Source: an uncultured Gammaproteobacteria bacterium
GTDB taxonomy: Bacteria > Patescibacteriota > Patescibacteriia > UBA11705 > JABHMO01
Direction of reading: 5' to 3'
Assembly: GCA_964590105.1 (NCBI GenBank)
Contig: CAZPYM010000004.1
Location: 52,198-116,197 of the forward strand
DNA: 64,000 nucleotides
Shown: in pieces, positions 1-9,960 of the stretch
How the letters are laid out: each line of letters begins with the position of its first letter
How positions within the stretch are numbered: position 1 is the first letter of the stretch
Notes under the pieces: generated by a model
What the model was told of the DNA's origin: nothing
The model's input: the letters and a program-made list of their open reading frames with translations, nothing else
The model's database searches: none
Translations under genes and position numbers: made by a program

Positions 1-143
1 CCCGCTCGTTCCAAACCGGCCGCCATATAAGCCAGATCCAGTGGCATACGCAGGCTTGAAGTCAGCCCCCTGGCCGGGACTTGACAGCGGTCATCGCGAA
101 TATATGCCGCGCCCGGAGGATTTATCAACAAGGCTTTTTTCAT
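1..143 (-). CDS. N-terminal fragment of a probable B12-binding-domain radical SAM protein (runs off window start)
   Basis: Not in ORF track. Manual translation from ATG at 143: MKKALLINPPGAAYIRDDRCQVPARGLTSSLRMPLDLAYMAAGLERA. The LLINPP...PLxLAYxAAxL pattern is typical of cobalamin-binding radical SAM N-termini. Start overlaps the stop of the 140..685 gene. Confidence 0.75.
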   Translation of the reverse strand, partial: MKKALLINPPGAAYIRDDRCQVPARGLTSSLRMPLDLAYMAAGLERA

Positions 144-685
144 AATCGCGTTTTAACCAAAATAAAAATATGTTGCAGCGGATAGCCCCAAAAAGGTTTC
201 CGCACCGGCTTGATTTCAAAAACGCAATCTAATTGCCCAAGCAAATTTTCCCATTCTGAAATTTTTAAAAAATTTAATGGAACCGGCATCCCCTTGTCAT
301 GAAAAAAATTTAAAGCCACATCAGCGATTCCGGCCGCCAAACTAGGTTGCATTTCAAAAATTAAAAGCCTTTTTCCGACCCGCAATCCTTCGCGAAGCAA
401 TTCCAAAATATTTTCAGAATGATGCAAAACATCATTAAATAAAATCCAAGTAAACTCATTATCCGAAAAAGGCAACTTGTCCGGCCGCACCATTGTTTTA
501 AATTCAAATTTTTCCAGGCGATAATCCTTGATATCCGTCCCAATAATTTTTATTTTCAATCTTTCTTTCAATACCTTGTCAACAATTCCATTCCCGCAAC
601 CAACATCCAAAACACAATCTCCGGCGCCAAGGTAATTGCCGTATAAGTCAGAAATTAATTTTGCCCTAAATTTTGTGGTAAACAT
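140..685 (-). CDS. Class I SAM-dependent methyltransferase
   Basis: VLDVGCGNG motif I; LPFSDNEF; DVLHH. Confidence 0.85.
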   Translation of the reverse strand: MFTTKFRAKLISDLYGNYLGAGDCVLDVGCGNGIVDKVLKERLKIKIIGTDIKDYRLEKFEFKTMVRPDKLPFSDNEFTWILFNDVLHHSENILELLREGLRVGKRLLIFEMQPSLAAGIADVALNFFHDKGMPVPLNFLKISEWENLLGQLDCVFEIKPVRKPFWGYPLQHIFILVKTRL

Positions 686-2274
686 TATTTCTCAAAAAGA
701 ATTAACTGAGTCTGCTGAACACCGGTGATCTTGTCGGGAAAGTAATAGTATTTTACAGGTTTTAATTTTTGTTTCAAGTGGCCAACCAAATACCCTCCTG
801 GATCCTGAACTGACGTCTTTTGGGGCAAATAATTAAACAGCCAGATGCGTTCATAATTCTGAATCAGTTCTTCTGCTAATTTAACGTTTTCCTCCGTCAT
901 AACGTTGTAATCCCAATATAACCAGCGTTTATTTTCATTTTCAGAGACTAATTCATTGTTCAAAGGCAAAAAAAACTTTTTCTCCGCTCCGCCGTGATAG
1001 TAAAAAGGCAAAAGCAAATCATTGAAATGGTCAACTAGAATCAAATCGCCCGGCTGTTCATTGTTTTCAATAAATTGAAAAGCGTCCCTGGCATAATAAA
1101 GAAAACTGTCTGCTCGCGGCGGGAAATATGTCCTGGCCGTTGAGAGCCCGCTGGCTGCGATTATCAAGACCAGGAGACAAACTTTTGCAAATCTTTGGCG
1201 AATCTGAAAAAATACAGCCGCTATAAAAATTACCACGGGAACAGTGAATATCAAAAAATATTTTTCAGCATAAATAAACTTTAAGGCAGCCAGCCCCAAA
1301 AACCCTCCGACAATAAACCAGAACAATATCCGCATTTTTACTTCTGAACGGTATTTGACGGCCAAAACCATCAGCAAAACAAAAACAGCAAACCCGCCGG
1401 CAACAACCAACCAGCTCGATCCGCCAGTACGGCCGAACATTAAATTGTAAAAATATTTTCCGAAAATCAACGGACTGCCATGCGTAAATATTCTTGAAAA
1501 AAGCGGCGCAGGGCCACTACCGCCCGAAAATATATTTGACCAACGCCCAAAAATTAAAAGCTGTGGCAAAAATAAAATAAAGATTAATATATAATAACAA
1601 ACAATTCGCTTAATTTCTTCTCTGCGATAAATTACCATCAAAAAGCCTTGCAAGGCGACTAAAACAAAAGCCGTATAATGCGTGTACAAACAAAGAGTAG
1701 TAAACAAAACATATAACAGCCAATTTTTTTGGCTGGGTTTTTCCAAAATTCTCCACCAAAAGATCATTGACAAACAACTCAAAAAGACCAGCAAAGAGTA
1801 AGCCCTTATTTCAGTGGAATAATCAATATTCAACGCCGACAAACTAAAAAACAGACTACTGAGTAGGCCGATCTTGTAATTAAAAATTTGTTTTCCTAAA
1901 AAAAATATTGCCAAAACGCTTAAAATACTGAAAACAAAAGGCAAAACTGCCAACCCGATGATATTACTGCCAACAACCTTGTGCCAGCCCCACAAAGACA
2001 GATAAAATAAAGGCGGCGTGGAATCATAGGAGGACAATTGAATAACCCTGGAAAAATTCTGCTCAGCAAAATAAATTGAATAAGCCTCATCAAACCAGAT
2101 AATTTTTGACGAATTTATTCCTTGTTCCGGAATTATGGTTCTAAACTCCGGCAGCCGGGCAAAAATCGACAAGACCACGATAAATAACAGCCAACATCCG
2201 AGGTGAATTTTTTTATTCGCAGTCATAATTTTAATTGTTTGATCCGTAAATGTTTTACCCCAAACCGTAATCAA
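685..2274 (-). CDS. GT-C fold membrane glycosyltransferase (GT39/PMT-like)
   Basis: WFDEAYS, TPPLFY, EIRAYSL, YTHY motifs and many TM segments. TTG start with AAAGGAG upstream; alternative ATG at 2226. Confidence 0.8.
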   Translation of the reverse strand: MITVWGKTFTDQTIKIMTANKKIHLGCWLLFIVVLSIFARLPEFRTIIPEQGINSSKIIWFDEAYSIYFAEQNFSRVIQLSSYDSTPPLFYLSLWGWHKVVGSNIIGLAVLPFVFSILSVLAIFFLGKQIFNYKIGLLSSLFFSLSALNIDYSTEIRAYSLLVFLSCLSMIFWWRILEKPSQKNWLLYVLFTTLCLYTHYTAFVLVALQGFLMVIYRREEIKRIVCYYILIFILFLPQLLIFGRWSNIFSGGSGPAPLFSRIFTHGSPLIFGKYFYNLMFGRTGGSSWLVVAGGFAVFVLLMVLAVKYRSEVKMRILFWFIVGGFLGLAALKFIYAEKYFLIFTVPVVIFIAAVFFQIRQRFAKVCLLVLIIAASGLSTARTYFPPRADSFLYYARDAFQFIENNEQPGDLILVDHFNDLLLPFYYHGGAEKKFFLPLNNELVSENENKRWLYWDYNVMTEENVKLAEELIQNYERIWLFNYLPQKTSVQDPGGYLVGHLKQKLKPVKYYYFPDKITGVQQTQLILFEK

Positions 2275-2300
2275 CGCGAGGCACTCCTTTTATCCACGTG

Positions 2301-3506
2301 TTAAAGCACATTAATTACCAACGCCGCCATCGCCGCCAAAAAAAACGAAGCAATCAGAGATCCGGTTAAAAAGAAAGTCAAAACAACCAGCCCGAGCATC
2401 ACCAGCCGCCCGAGAGTCAGGGCCAGCTCGCGCACCACTGTATATTCGTCGACATAATGCCCCGAATCAGCCGCTCGCTCATACATGAGCGCGTCAAAAG
2501 GAGTGCGCATGATAATATTGGCAAAACTGTGATAAGTACTGGCAATAAAAATCTGAAAGCCCGTGCCAACAAACATTTTTGCTATCCAACCAATAGAATT
2601 TAGAATCGTGCCAAAACGCATCACCCGGCGCTTGTCAAAACGGTCTGAAATATCGCCGAGCAATAACTGCAACACAATACTGCCAAGAATTATAAGTGAA
2701 GAAATTAAACCAACCGCCTGATAGTTTTGATTGAGCAAAAGCCAAATGAAAATCGGCCAAATAACGGTCCCCACTATCTCCTGCATACCGTCAGCGCCGT
2801 ATGACAAGAGCATGCGCCTGTGCTGGCGACTAAAAACTTCCCGATAGCTCTGCAAATAAGTAAAATCAAATTTTTCTCTGGTGTCCGGGATTAAAAAAAG
2901 CGGCACCACTGACATGATATAAATAATAAGCCCAATTAAAAACAAAACCCCGTATCCGTACACAAAAATAATTTCACCGGCGACAAAAGGCATGAAGATA
3001 CTGACCAGTGAAGCGATTGAAATCAAAAATGCCATCTGCTTTCCCCGAGTTTTCTTGTCGGTAAAGCTGGCAAAATCAGTGTGAAACGGCACCCAGTAAA
3101 AAAATCTGTCAATATTTACCGCCACGATCGCCAGCCCGAGGAAAATCAGCGCCCCATTTACTTCAAATGAACGCATGAAGTAAAACCACGCCCAGCCAAA
3201 ACAAACAGACAAAATCAAGGATTTTTTCATGCCGATCCTAGACATTGTTTTCGCGCCAAGCGGCACAATAAAAAACCAGATCAGCAGATTTATAAAATAA
3301 TAAACAGCCACTTTGTACAAAGAAAAATCCAGCATTTTATAAAGAAGGATCGGAACAAAAATCCCGATCAGCCCACCGGCCACCTGCTGGATAATGCGGT
3401 TAGAATAAAGCGCGGTCAGAGCGCCGGACAATTTCGTGTGCCTGAAGTTCTGAACAAATGATTCCACCGATTGATTGTGAGGAAAATGTTTTTCGTGCCG
3501 ATACAT
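2301..3506 (-). CDS. MFS transporter
   Basis: About 12 hydrophobic segments; GDISDRFDKRR and SRIGMKK loop motifs. Confidence 0.8.
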   Translation of the reverse strand: MYRHEKHFPHNQSVESFVQNFRHTKLSGALTALYSNRIIQQVAGGLIGIFVPILLYKMLDFSLYKVAVYYFINLLIWFFIVPLGAKTMSRIGMKKSLILSVCFGWAWFYFMRSFEVNGALIFLGLAIVAVNIDRFFYWVPFHTDFASFTDKKTRGKQMAFLISIASLVSIFMPFVAGEIIFVYGYGVLFLIGLIIYIMSVVPLFLIPDTREKFDFTYLQSYREVFSRQHRRMLLSYGADGMQEIVGTVIWPIFIWLLLNQNYQAVGLISSLIILGSIVLQLLLGDISDRFDKRRVMRFGTILNSIGWIAKMFVGTGFQIFIASTYHSFANIIMRTPFDALMYERAADSGHYVDEYTVVRELALTLGRLVMLGLVVLTFFLTGSLIASFFLAAMAALVINVL

Positions 3507-3763
3507 AGGCTAAGAAAGAGATAGAGGTGTGAAGAGGCGAGAATTGAGAAAAAATTACAAAATACAAACCACAAATTACAAACAATGGGGCCAAAATTAC
3601 AAAGTCCAAACAAAAATGCGGAGAATAAAATACTAAAGCATAATCTATCACGGGACAACTAAGTTTATTATTTCAATTTATGATTTGTGATTCGTAATTT
3701 ATTCTTTGTAATTTGCTTGTAATTTGTTATTTTCGCCATAGGCGGACGAGTGCAATTTGTAAT

Positions 3764-4702
3764 TTACTCCTCCTTCCTCTCTCGAACCCAATCTATTGTT
3801 TTTTTAATCCCCTGTTCAATAGAAGTTTGCGGTTCCCAATTTAATTCCCTTTTAATTTTTTCATAACTAAGACAACTGACTGCTTGGCCTGAAAAAACTT
3901 CCGCATGCTTAGGGGTCAGAGGAGAATGCAATTCATCTTTAATAAGCTTAAAAAGTTCATTAACAGTTGTTTGTTTAGCTGTGCCGACATTATATGTGCC
4001 CGATCTTTCGCTTTGAAAAGCCGCCATATTCGCCCGGACAATGTCGCCCACATACACATAGTCGCGCGTCTGGTGGCCGTCGCCGTGAATTATCGGGGTT
4101 AAGTTGTCCAACATTTTCTCAGCAAAAATGGAAATCACACCGGCTTCGCCCTTTGGATTTTGGCGCGGGCCGTAAACATTGGCATAGCGCATGATGGCAA
4201 ATTCCAAACCAAATTGCCGGCGGTAAAAACGAATATATTTTTCCAGCGCCAGCTTGGCCAGGCCGTATGGTGACAACGGTTCGCAGGGATATTTCTCGGG
4301 TGTTGGAACAACTTCCGCTTCGCCGTAAAGAGCGCCGCCGGTGGAGGAAAACAAAATTTTCTTAACTTTATTCTGAAGGCAAAGTTCAAGCACGTTGAGC
4401 CCGCCGAGGATATTTACATCCGCGTCAAACAACGGATCTTCAACTGAACGATTGACGCTGATCTGGGCGGCAAAATGAAACACATATTCCGGCCGCTCCT
4501 TTTCAAAAACTTCAGCTAGCGCTTCTTCACGAATGTCTGTTTTATATATTCTCGCGTTCGGATGCACATTTTTTTCCGAGCCACTGGAAAAATTATCAAC
4601 AACGGCGACGGAATAGCTTTCTTTGATCAGGGCGTCAACCATGTGCGAACCGATAAACCCCGCGCCGCCGGTAACAAGAACAGTTTGTTTGTTTAATACC
4701 AT
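3764..4702 (-). CDS. NAD-dependent epimerase/dehydratase (UDP-glucose 4-epimerase-like)
   Basis: TGGAGFIGSH, YGLAK (YxxxK), RYANVYGPRQ. Confidence 0.9.
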   Translation of the reverse strand: MVLNKQTVLVTGGAGFIGSHMVDALIKESYSVAVVDNFSSGSEKNVHPNARIYKTDIREEALAEVFEKERPEYVFHFAAQISVNRSVEDPLFDADVNILGGLNVLELCLQNKVKKILFSSTGGALYGEAEVVPTPEKYPCEPLSPYGLAKLALEKYIRFYRRQFGLEFAIMRYANVYGPRQNPKGEAGVISIFAEKMLDNLTPIIHGDGHQTRDYVYVGDIVRANMAAFQSERSGTYNVGTAKQTTVNELFKLIKDELHSPLTPKHAEVFSGQAVSCLSYEKIKRELNWEPQTSIEQGIKKTIDWVRERKEE

Positions 4703-4730
4703 AAGATTAAAGTGTTAGCTGTTGAAAAAT

Positions 4731-5491
4731 GAGAAAGTTAATTAAAGTTAATGGGAGTTAATTGATAGTTAATTTAAAGAAGGTTACCAGGGAGGGAAAA
4801 AGTCTACTCTTGTTTCCCCTTTTCTTTAAATTTCTCTTTTGTTTCTTGAATATATTTTATGTACTTATTGATCCCAAAAATTAATTTTTTGTAGCGCTCA
4901 ATTAAATTATTACAAACATTTAGCCTCCAGACACGCTTGATCTCAAGCTTTTTTATATGGCCGATAGTTTCATATGCTTCTTTTCTAGAAATCCGCAGGC
5001 AACTGATTTTTACGTTAAAGTAAAACACCCCATGCATTTCTGCAATATTATCTCCAATGGATTGCGATGATCTGTCAATTTGATTTTTATTTCCGCTTTG
5101 TCCTTTTATTTCTTTCAATAGTTCAGTTATCAGCCGATGCAATTCAATCGCTTCCGCCCAAATCCATAATTTTTCCAGCGGTTCGTATTTGCTTCTCTGC
5201 TTTTCCATAACTTTTTCTATTATTAACTCTCAGTTTCCGCCATAGGCGGCCCGGCCTATGGCTGGAGCTTTCTCCATCTTCATTTCTCCCATGTTCTTTA
5301 GTTTCTCTAATTAACTTTCTCTTTATTAACTCCTAATTAACTTCTATTAACTTTAATTAACTTTCTCCGTCTTTTCGTCTTCTTACAAATTCAACCTCCC
5401 CCATAATCTTTTGTTTCTCAATCCCGGTAAATTCTATTAACTTTCTCTTGTCAACTTTAATTAACTCTTATTAACTTTAATTAACTTTCTC
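4731..5491. repeat. Inverted arrays of TTAACT-based ~9-10-mers flanking the four-helix-bundle gene
   Basis: GAGAAAGTTAATTAAAGTTAAT (4731-4752) is the exact reverse complement of 5346-5367 and of 5470-5491. Confidence 0.9.
4804..5208 (-). CDS. Four-helix bundle protein (23S rRNA IVP-like family)
   Basis: L.IW..A..L...I, QIDRSSQSIGDNIAE, LRISRKEAYET pattern characteristic of the family; 134 aa. Confidence 0.8.
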   Translation of the reverse strand: MEKQRSKYEPLEKLWIWAEAIELHRLITELLKEIKGQSGNKNQIDRSSQSIGDNIAEMHGVFYFNVKISCLRISRKEAYETIGHIKKLEIKRVWRLNVCNNLIERYKKLIFGINKYIKYIQETKEKFKEKGKQE

Positions 5492-6598
5492 CATCTTTCC
5501 ATCTTTCAAGTCCATGCGCCCCACGATTCTTTCTTTTTCTTTTTCGTCCGCCGGTCGTGGCTGGCTGTAGTCTTCAATAATGACCGGCAAATATTCAATG
5601 TCTTTCACTTCATTTTTACTAAGAATAATTTTTACAGCTACGCCCTCGCGCGTTTCCTCGGACCACATTTGATCAAAAACAAAATTGCCCAGACTGTAAA
5701 AAATATATTTACCCTTGTATTTTTCAACTTCCTGCACCACGTGCGGATGATGGCCGACGACCAGATCGGCGCCACTGTCAATCGCCAGCCTGGCAAAATC
5801 CTGCTGGTGTTTTGAACTTTTATTCTGATATTCCGCGCCGTCGTGCATGGAAACAATTACAAAATCAGTCTGTTCTTGTGCCGCAGTTAAATCAGCTTTC
5901 AACTGCTCGCTATCCATGAGCGCCATGCCCGGATTTTCCGGCCCGACGGCATAATAGTCAGGCCCGTAAGCATAACACAAAAAAGCAATCTTTCTGCCTT
6001 TAATTTCTTTCACAACCATTTGCGCCAAGGGATCTTTTGAATCTTTCATCGCGCCGCAGTAATCAATCCCCTGCGCGCTCAGGTAACCGAAAGTTTTTGT
6101 CAGACCGTCGGTTCCTTTATTTAAAATATGATTGTTCGCCAAGCTCAAAACATCAAAGCCCGCCCAGTCCAGCCCCTCGACGCTCTCGGGATCAGCCCGA
6201 AAAACAAAAGAACCGGTCGGCACAGGAGTTCCCGGCGCGATAGGACTTTCCAAATTGCCAAAACTTATGTCCGCGCCGGAAATTAATTCTTGCACTTTTA
6301 AAAAGGGATAATGATAATCGCCGTATTTTTTCATTTTTGCGCCCACATTTCTTGACAACATTATATCACCGACCAGAACCAATGAAATCTCCTGTTCCAG
6401 CTCCTGGTTTTTTTTGTTTTCTAAATTTTCTGCAGCCTGCGAAACCAAATCAGATTCCCATTTATTAAATGGGACAAATTTGCTGACATCGATCTGCCGA
6501 TTTTCTTGCTCGACCTGATTAATTAATTGAAAATAAAAATAACCGGACGCACTGACTGCGACGAGAACAACAATTGCAATTATCAACCATTTTTTCAT
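5477..6598 (-). CDS. CapA family (PGA_cap) metallophosphatase-fold protein, N-terminal membrane anchor
   Basis: GDIML, NLE, SLANNH, GHHPHVVQ, YSLGNFVF motifs. Confidence 0.9.
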   Translation of the reverse strand: MKKWLIIAIVVLVAVSASGYFYFQLINQVEQENRQIDVSKFVPFNKWESDLVSQAAENLENKKNQELEQEISLVLVGDIMLSRNVGAKMKKYGDYHYPFLKVQELISGADISFGNLESPIAPGTPVPTGSFVFRADPESVEGLDWAGFDVLSLANNHILNKGTDGLTKTFGYLSAQGIDYCGAMKDSKDPLAQMVVKEIKGRKIAFLCYAYGPDYYAVGPENPGMALMDSEQLKADLTAAQEQTDFVIVSMHDGAEYQNKSSKHQQDFARLAIDSGADLVVGHHPHVVQEVEKYKGKYIFYSLGNFVFDQMWSEETREGVAVKIILSKNEVKDIEYLPVIIEDYSQPRPADEKEKERIVGRMDLKDGKMEKVN

Positions 6599-6645
6599 GA
6601 TTTTTATTTTTTTTATTTTCTTAAAAAACTTTTAACTTTCAACTT

Positions 6646-7743
6646 TTACCTTTTTACATTATGTCGCAAATAAGCTTCAATAAATTCAATCAAATCCCCA
6701 TCCAAAACGGCGTCCACTGAACTTGTTTCAAATTCTGTCCGGTGATCCTTGACCATTTTATACGGATGAATCACATACGACCGCGCCTGATTGCCCCAGG
6801 CAGCCTCGGTATATTCGCCGCGCAATTTTTGCCGCTCCTCCTCTAGTTCGGTGGCATAATATTGCTCCAGTTTTGCGGCCAAAACTTTCATGGCCGTTTC
6901 CCTATTCTGTTGCTGTGAACGTTCATTCTGGCAGGAAACCACTATTTTTGTGGGCAAATGAGTAACGCGGACAGCAGAGTCAGTGGTATTAACGCACTGT
7001 CCGCCATGTCCGCCCGCTCGAAAAGTATCTATTCGTAAATCTTCAGGTTTAATTTCAATTTCCAGTTTTTCTTCCTGGAGCGGCAGGACTTCCACCAGTG
7101 CGAATGAAGTGTGGCGCATTTTTTCCGCGTCAAATGGCGAAATTCTGACCAGTCGATGCACACCAGCCTCAGCTTTTAGATAACCATAGCAATTTTTACC
7201 TTTAACTTCAAAAAGCACGCTCTTGATGCCAGCTTCAGCGCCGGCGGAAATATTGAGAATCTGCGTTTTCCATCCTTGTTTTTCTGCAAAACGCAAATAC
7301 ATACGCAGGAGCATCTCTGCCCAATCCTGCGCATCCGTGCCACCCGCACCAGCATGAATAGCCATGATGGAATCGCTATGGTCATATTTGCCGCTAAATA
7401 ACAAACTAAATTCCAATCGTTCAAATATTTGTTCCAACTTTTCCAGCTGCGCTTCAACTTCTTTTCTTAAACTGACGGCTTGGTCATCTTTGTCCAACTG
7501 GGTTATTTCCAATAAATCAGAAATTTCTTTTTTGATTTTTTCCCAATCAGCCACTTCTGTTTCCAAGTCACTCGCCTGCTGGCTAATCTGCTTGGCCATG
7601 TCCTGATTGTCCCAAAAGCCGGGCTTGCTCATTTCATGCTGCAATTCAATTATTTTTGTGCTTTTCTCATCAACCCGAACCAGCGCCCAGGCTTTTTGCA
7701 GACGCTCCTTCAATTCCATTATTTTATTTATCAAATCCTGCAT
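6646..7743 (-). CDS. prfB: Peptide chain release factor 2, single continuous frame
   Basis: SPF specificity motif (RISPFD), GGQ (GGHGGQ), GAGGTDAQDW. Start placed at ATG 7743; the ORF-track extension is repeat DNA. Confidence 0.95.
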   Translation of the reverse strand: MQDLINKIMELKERLQKAWALVRVDEKSTKIIELQHEMSKPGFWDNQDMAKQISQQASDLETEVADWEKIKKEISDLLEITQLDKDDQAVSLRKEVEAQLEKLEQIFERLEFSLLFSGKYDHSDSIMAIHAGAGGTDAQDWAEMLLRMYLRFAEKQGWKTQILNISAGAEAGIKSVLFEVKGKNCYGYLKAEAGVHRLVRISPFDAEKMRHTSFALVEVLPLQEEKLEIEIKPEDLRIDTFRAGGHGGQCVNTTDSAVRVTHLPTKIVVSCQNERSQQQNRETAMKVLAAKLEQYYATELEEERQKLRGEYTEAAWGNQARSYVIHPYKMVKDHRTEFETSSVDAVLDGDLIEFIEAYLRHNVKR

Positions 7744-7848
7744 ATAATAAAGCCCAAAATCCTCCGCCATAGGCGGATGCGCCTCTGGCGCAAAAGGAAA
7801 TTTAAAGCTCAAAACAAATTCCAAATTAAAAACTCAAAGCGCCGCAGT

Positions 7849-8241
7849 TTATTTTATTAATCTATCAATATTTTCCGGATACAATAAAAGATCCTTCAAT
7901 GCGGAAAGGCGGTGCCATTCCAGGAAATAAATATTGTCTTTTGATTGCCTTGCCAATTCCGGACCACCAAGAGCTAATTTCCCTTTAAATTTTTTTGCGA
8001 GAAAATAATATCCAATTTTTGTCTTACCGTTGACCAATTCTTTTCTCCGGCACAAAAGTCTATCAAGCTCAATATCAAGATTTGTCTCCTCCTTAACTTC
8101 TCTAATAGCGGCGACCCGAGTGGTCTCGCCCTTTTTAATTGATCCGCCGGGAAGCACAAAATATTCTTTACCATTTTTTCGCCGATGAATCAGCAAAACT
8201 TTACCGGTATGCTTGATTATAACCCGGGCGCCGTTCAACAT
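7849..8241 (-). CDS. NUDIX hydrolase
   Basis: PGGSIKKGETTRVAAIREVKEETNL Nudix box. Confidence 0.9.
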   Translation of the reverse strand: MLNGARVIIKHTGKVLLIHRRKNGKEYFVLPGGSIKKGETTRVAAIREVKEETNLDIELDRLLCRRKELVNGKTKIGYYFLAKKFKGKLALGGPELARQSKDNIYFLEWHRLSALKDLLLYPENIDRLIK

Positions 8242-8407
8242 AATAAATAATTATTGTCCCTTCCGAAGAAATAACCATAGTTCTTTTTATGTGTTAACAA
8301 AAAGGGCGATGGTTCTCATCATGGGGAATTGTAAAGCGAACCTTTATCTACCCCTATTGGGTTCCACAGTGCTACGCAACTATAAAACTCTCTTTTGAAA
8401 ACATTGA

Positions 8408-9625
8408 CTATTCCTTGCGCTCTTCAAGAATCACTTTAACTTCTTTTTCTACATTATCATGAACTATCTTCAATGTCACCTCGTCGCCGGGCTTGTATTT
8501 GGCAACTTCATTAACCAAAGAATTTTCCTGACTTACTTTTGCTCCATTTACCTCCAAAATAATATCATTTTCTGTGAGGCCGGCTTTTTCCGCCGGGCTA
8601 TCGGCAACTACTGCCACGTCCGTGGCATTCTGCCCGGGCAAAACCAAAGCGCCATATTCGTATTTCAACTCATTAGCTTTGGCTATTTCCGGATTTAACT
8701 GAATATAACGCACGCCAAGCCATGGACGGATTATTTTGCCAAATTGTTTAACGCTATCAATAACGCTTTTTGCTTGGTTAACAGGAATAGCAAAGCCAAG
8801 CGACTGCCCCTGCCAGTTTACCGCTGTATTAATGCCAATAACCTGCCCGTCCAAATTTAGCAACGGACCGCCAGAATTCCCGGGATTAATTGCCGCGTCA
8901 GTTTGAATCGCGCCCTGAATCAATTCCGATTGTCCACTGCCGTCGCTCGCCGTAACACTCCGGTCCACTCCGCTAACAACGCCGCGGGTGATAGTGTTAC
9001 GATATTCGCTAAGTGCATTACCAATAGCAATCGCTGTCTGGCCAATTTCTATTTTGTCAGAATCACCAAGCTCAACCACCGGTAAATCATTGGCATCAAT
9101 TTTTAAAATCGCAATATCATTAACCGTATCACGGCCCAAAACCGTAGCGTCATAGCGAGTTCCATTATTTAGTATTACTGCATATTCTGCGCTTTCATCA
9201 GCCGCCACATGTTTATTGGTCAAAATCATACCATCGGCTGAAATAATAAATCCTGTGCCACCGCCAATTTCTTGCTTTTCCTTGGTTCCTTGTTCCGGTA
9301 ATTGCACTCCATAATTCCAAAAATCAAATATATCCGGACCGGTCAAATTATAAAAACTATCCAATTCTTTTGAGACCACGATACTTACCACGGACGGAGA
9401 GACTTTTTTTACCACTTCAATGGTGGCGGAATCCTCCGTCACTTCGAAAACTTTTTTCTGACCGGTAAGCTGCTCCGTAACATTGCTGTGAAGAAAACCC
9501 CGCCCCCAATCAGTATTTTCCATGTAAGGTTTGAGAAAAAAAGAACCGCAGGCGCCGGCAAATGCGCCGACCACCAGGCTGACAATGATCGTGAGGGCTA
9601 AATAGCCGCGAGTGCTTGTTGACAT
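8408..9625 (-). CDS. htrA: HtrA/DegP-family serine protease with one PDZ domain
   Basis: TNKHV, DIAILK, IQTDAAINPGNSGGPL triad motifs; C-terminal PDZ; N-terminal TM. Confidence 0.9.
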   Translation of the reverse strand: MSTSTRGYLALTIIVSLVVGAFAGACGSFFLKPYMENTDWGRGFLHSNVTEQLTGQKKVFEVTEDSATIEVVKKVSPSVVSIVVSKELDSFYNLTGPDIFDFWNYGVQLPEQGTKEKQEIGGGTGFIISADGMILTNKHVAADESAEYAVILNNGTRYDATVLGRDTVNDIAILKIDANDLPVVELGDSDKIEIGQTAIAIGNALSEYRNTITRGVVSGVDRSVTASDGSGQSELIQGAIQTDAAINPGNSGGPLLNLDGQVIGINTAVNWQGQSLGFAIPVNQAKSVIDSVKQFGKIIRPWLGVRYIQLNPEIAKANELKYEYGALVLPGQNATDVAVVADSPAEKAGLTENDIILEVNGAKVSQENSLVNEVAKYKPGDEVTLKIVHDNVEKEVKVILEERKE

Positions 9626-9960
9626 AGTGGATCAATTAATAATTAAAAATTAGTGGTGCGTGGTGAAAAATCACAAATTACAAACAATAAAGCGGAAATT
9701 ACAAATTAGGATCATCAATCTCTGTAATTCCCGCCATCCGGCGGGCAGGCGTATATTCATAAAATCCGCACTTTCGCATCCTCAATAATTCCCGCCATCT
9801 GGCATCCGCCGGACAAGTTCGCCGCACGATCCCCATTTATCTCATCTTTTTTTATTTTCTATTCGCTTCAATCTTCTTTATCCTCTTTCCCATAATAGCA
9901 AAATTTTAGGTTTTTCAAAACAAAAGGCTGTCTTTCGACAGCATAAGGTTAAAGCTAAAC

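Noticed and set aside
4804-5208. Diversity-generating retroelement (Avd-like fold)
   Set aside because: No reverse transcriptase and no template/variable repeat pair with adenine-specific differences was seen.
7744-7824. N-terminal extension of RF2 in the ORF track; likewise for ybeY, pth, rel and parA
   Set aside because: These extensions translate repeat, promoter or overlapping-gene DNA; homology starts at a later ATG.
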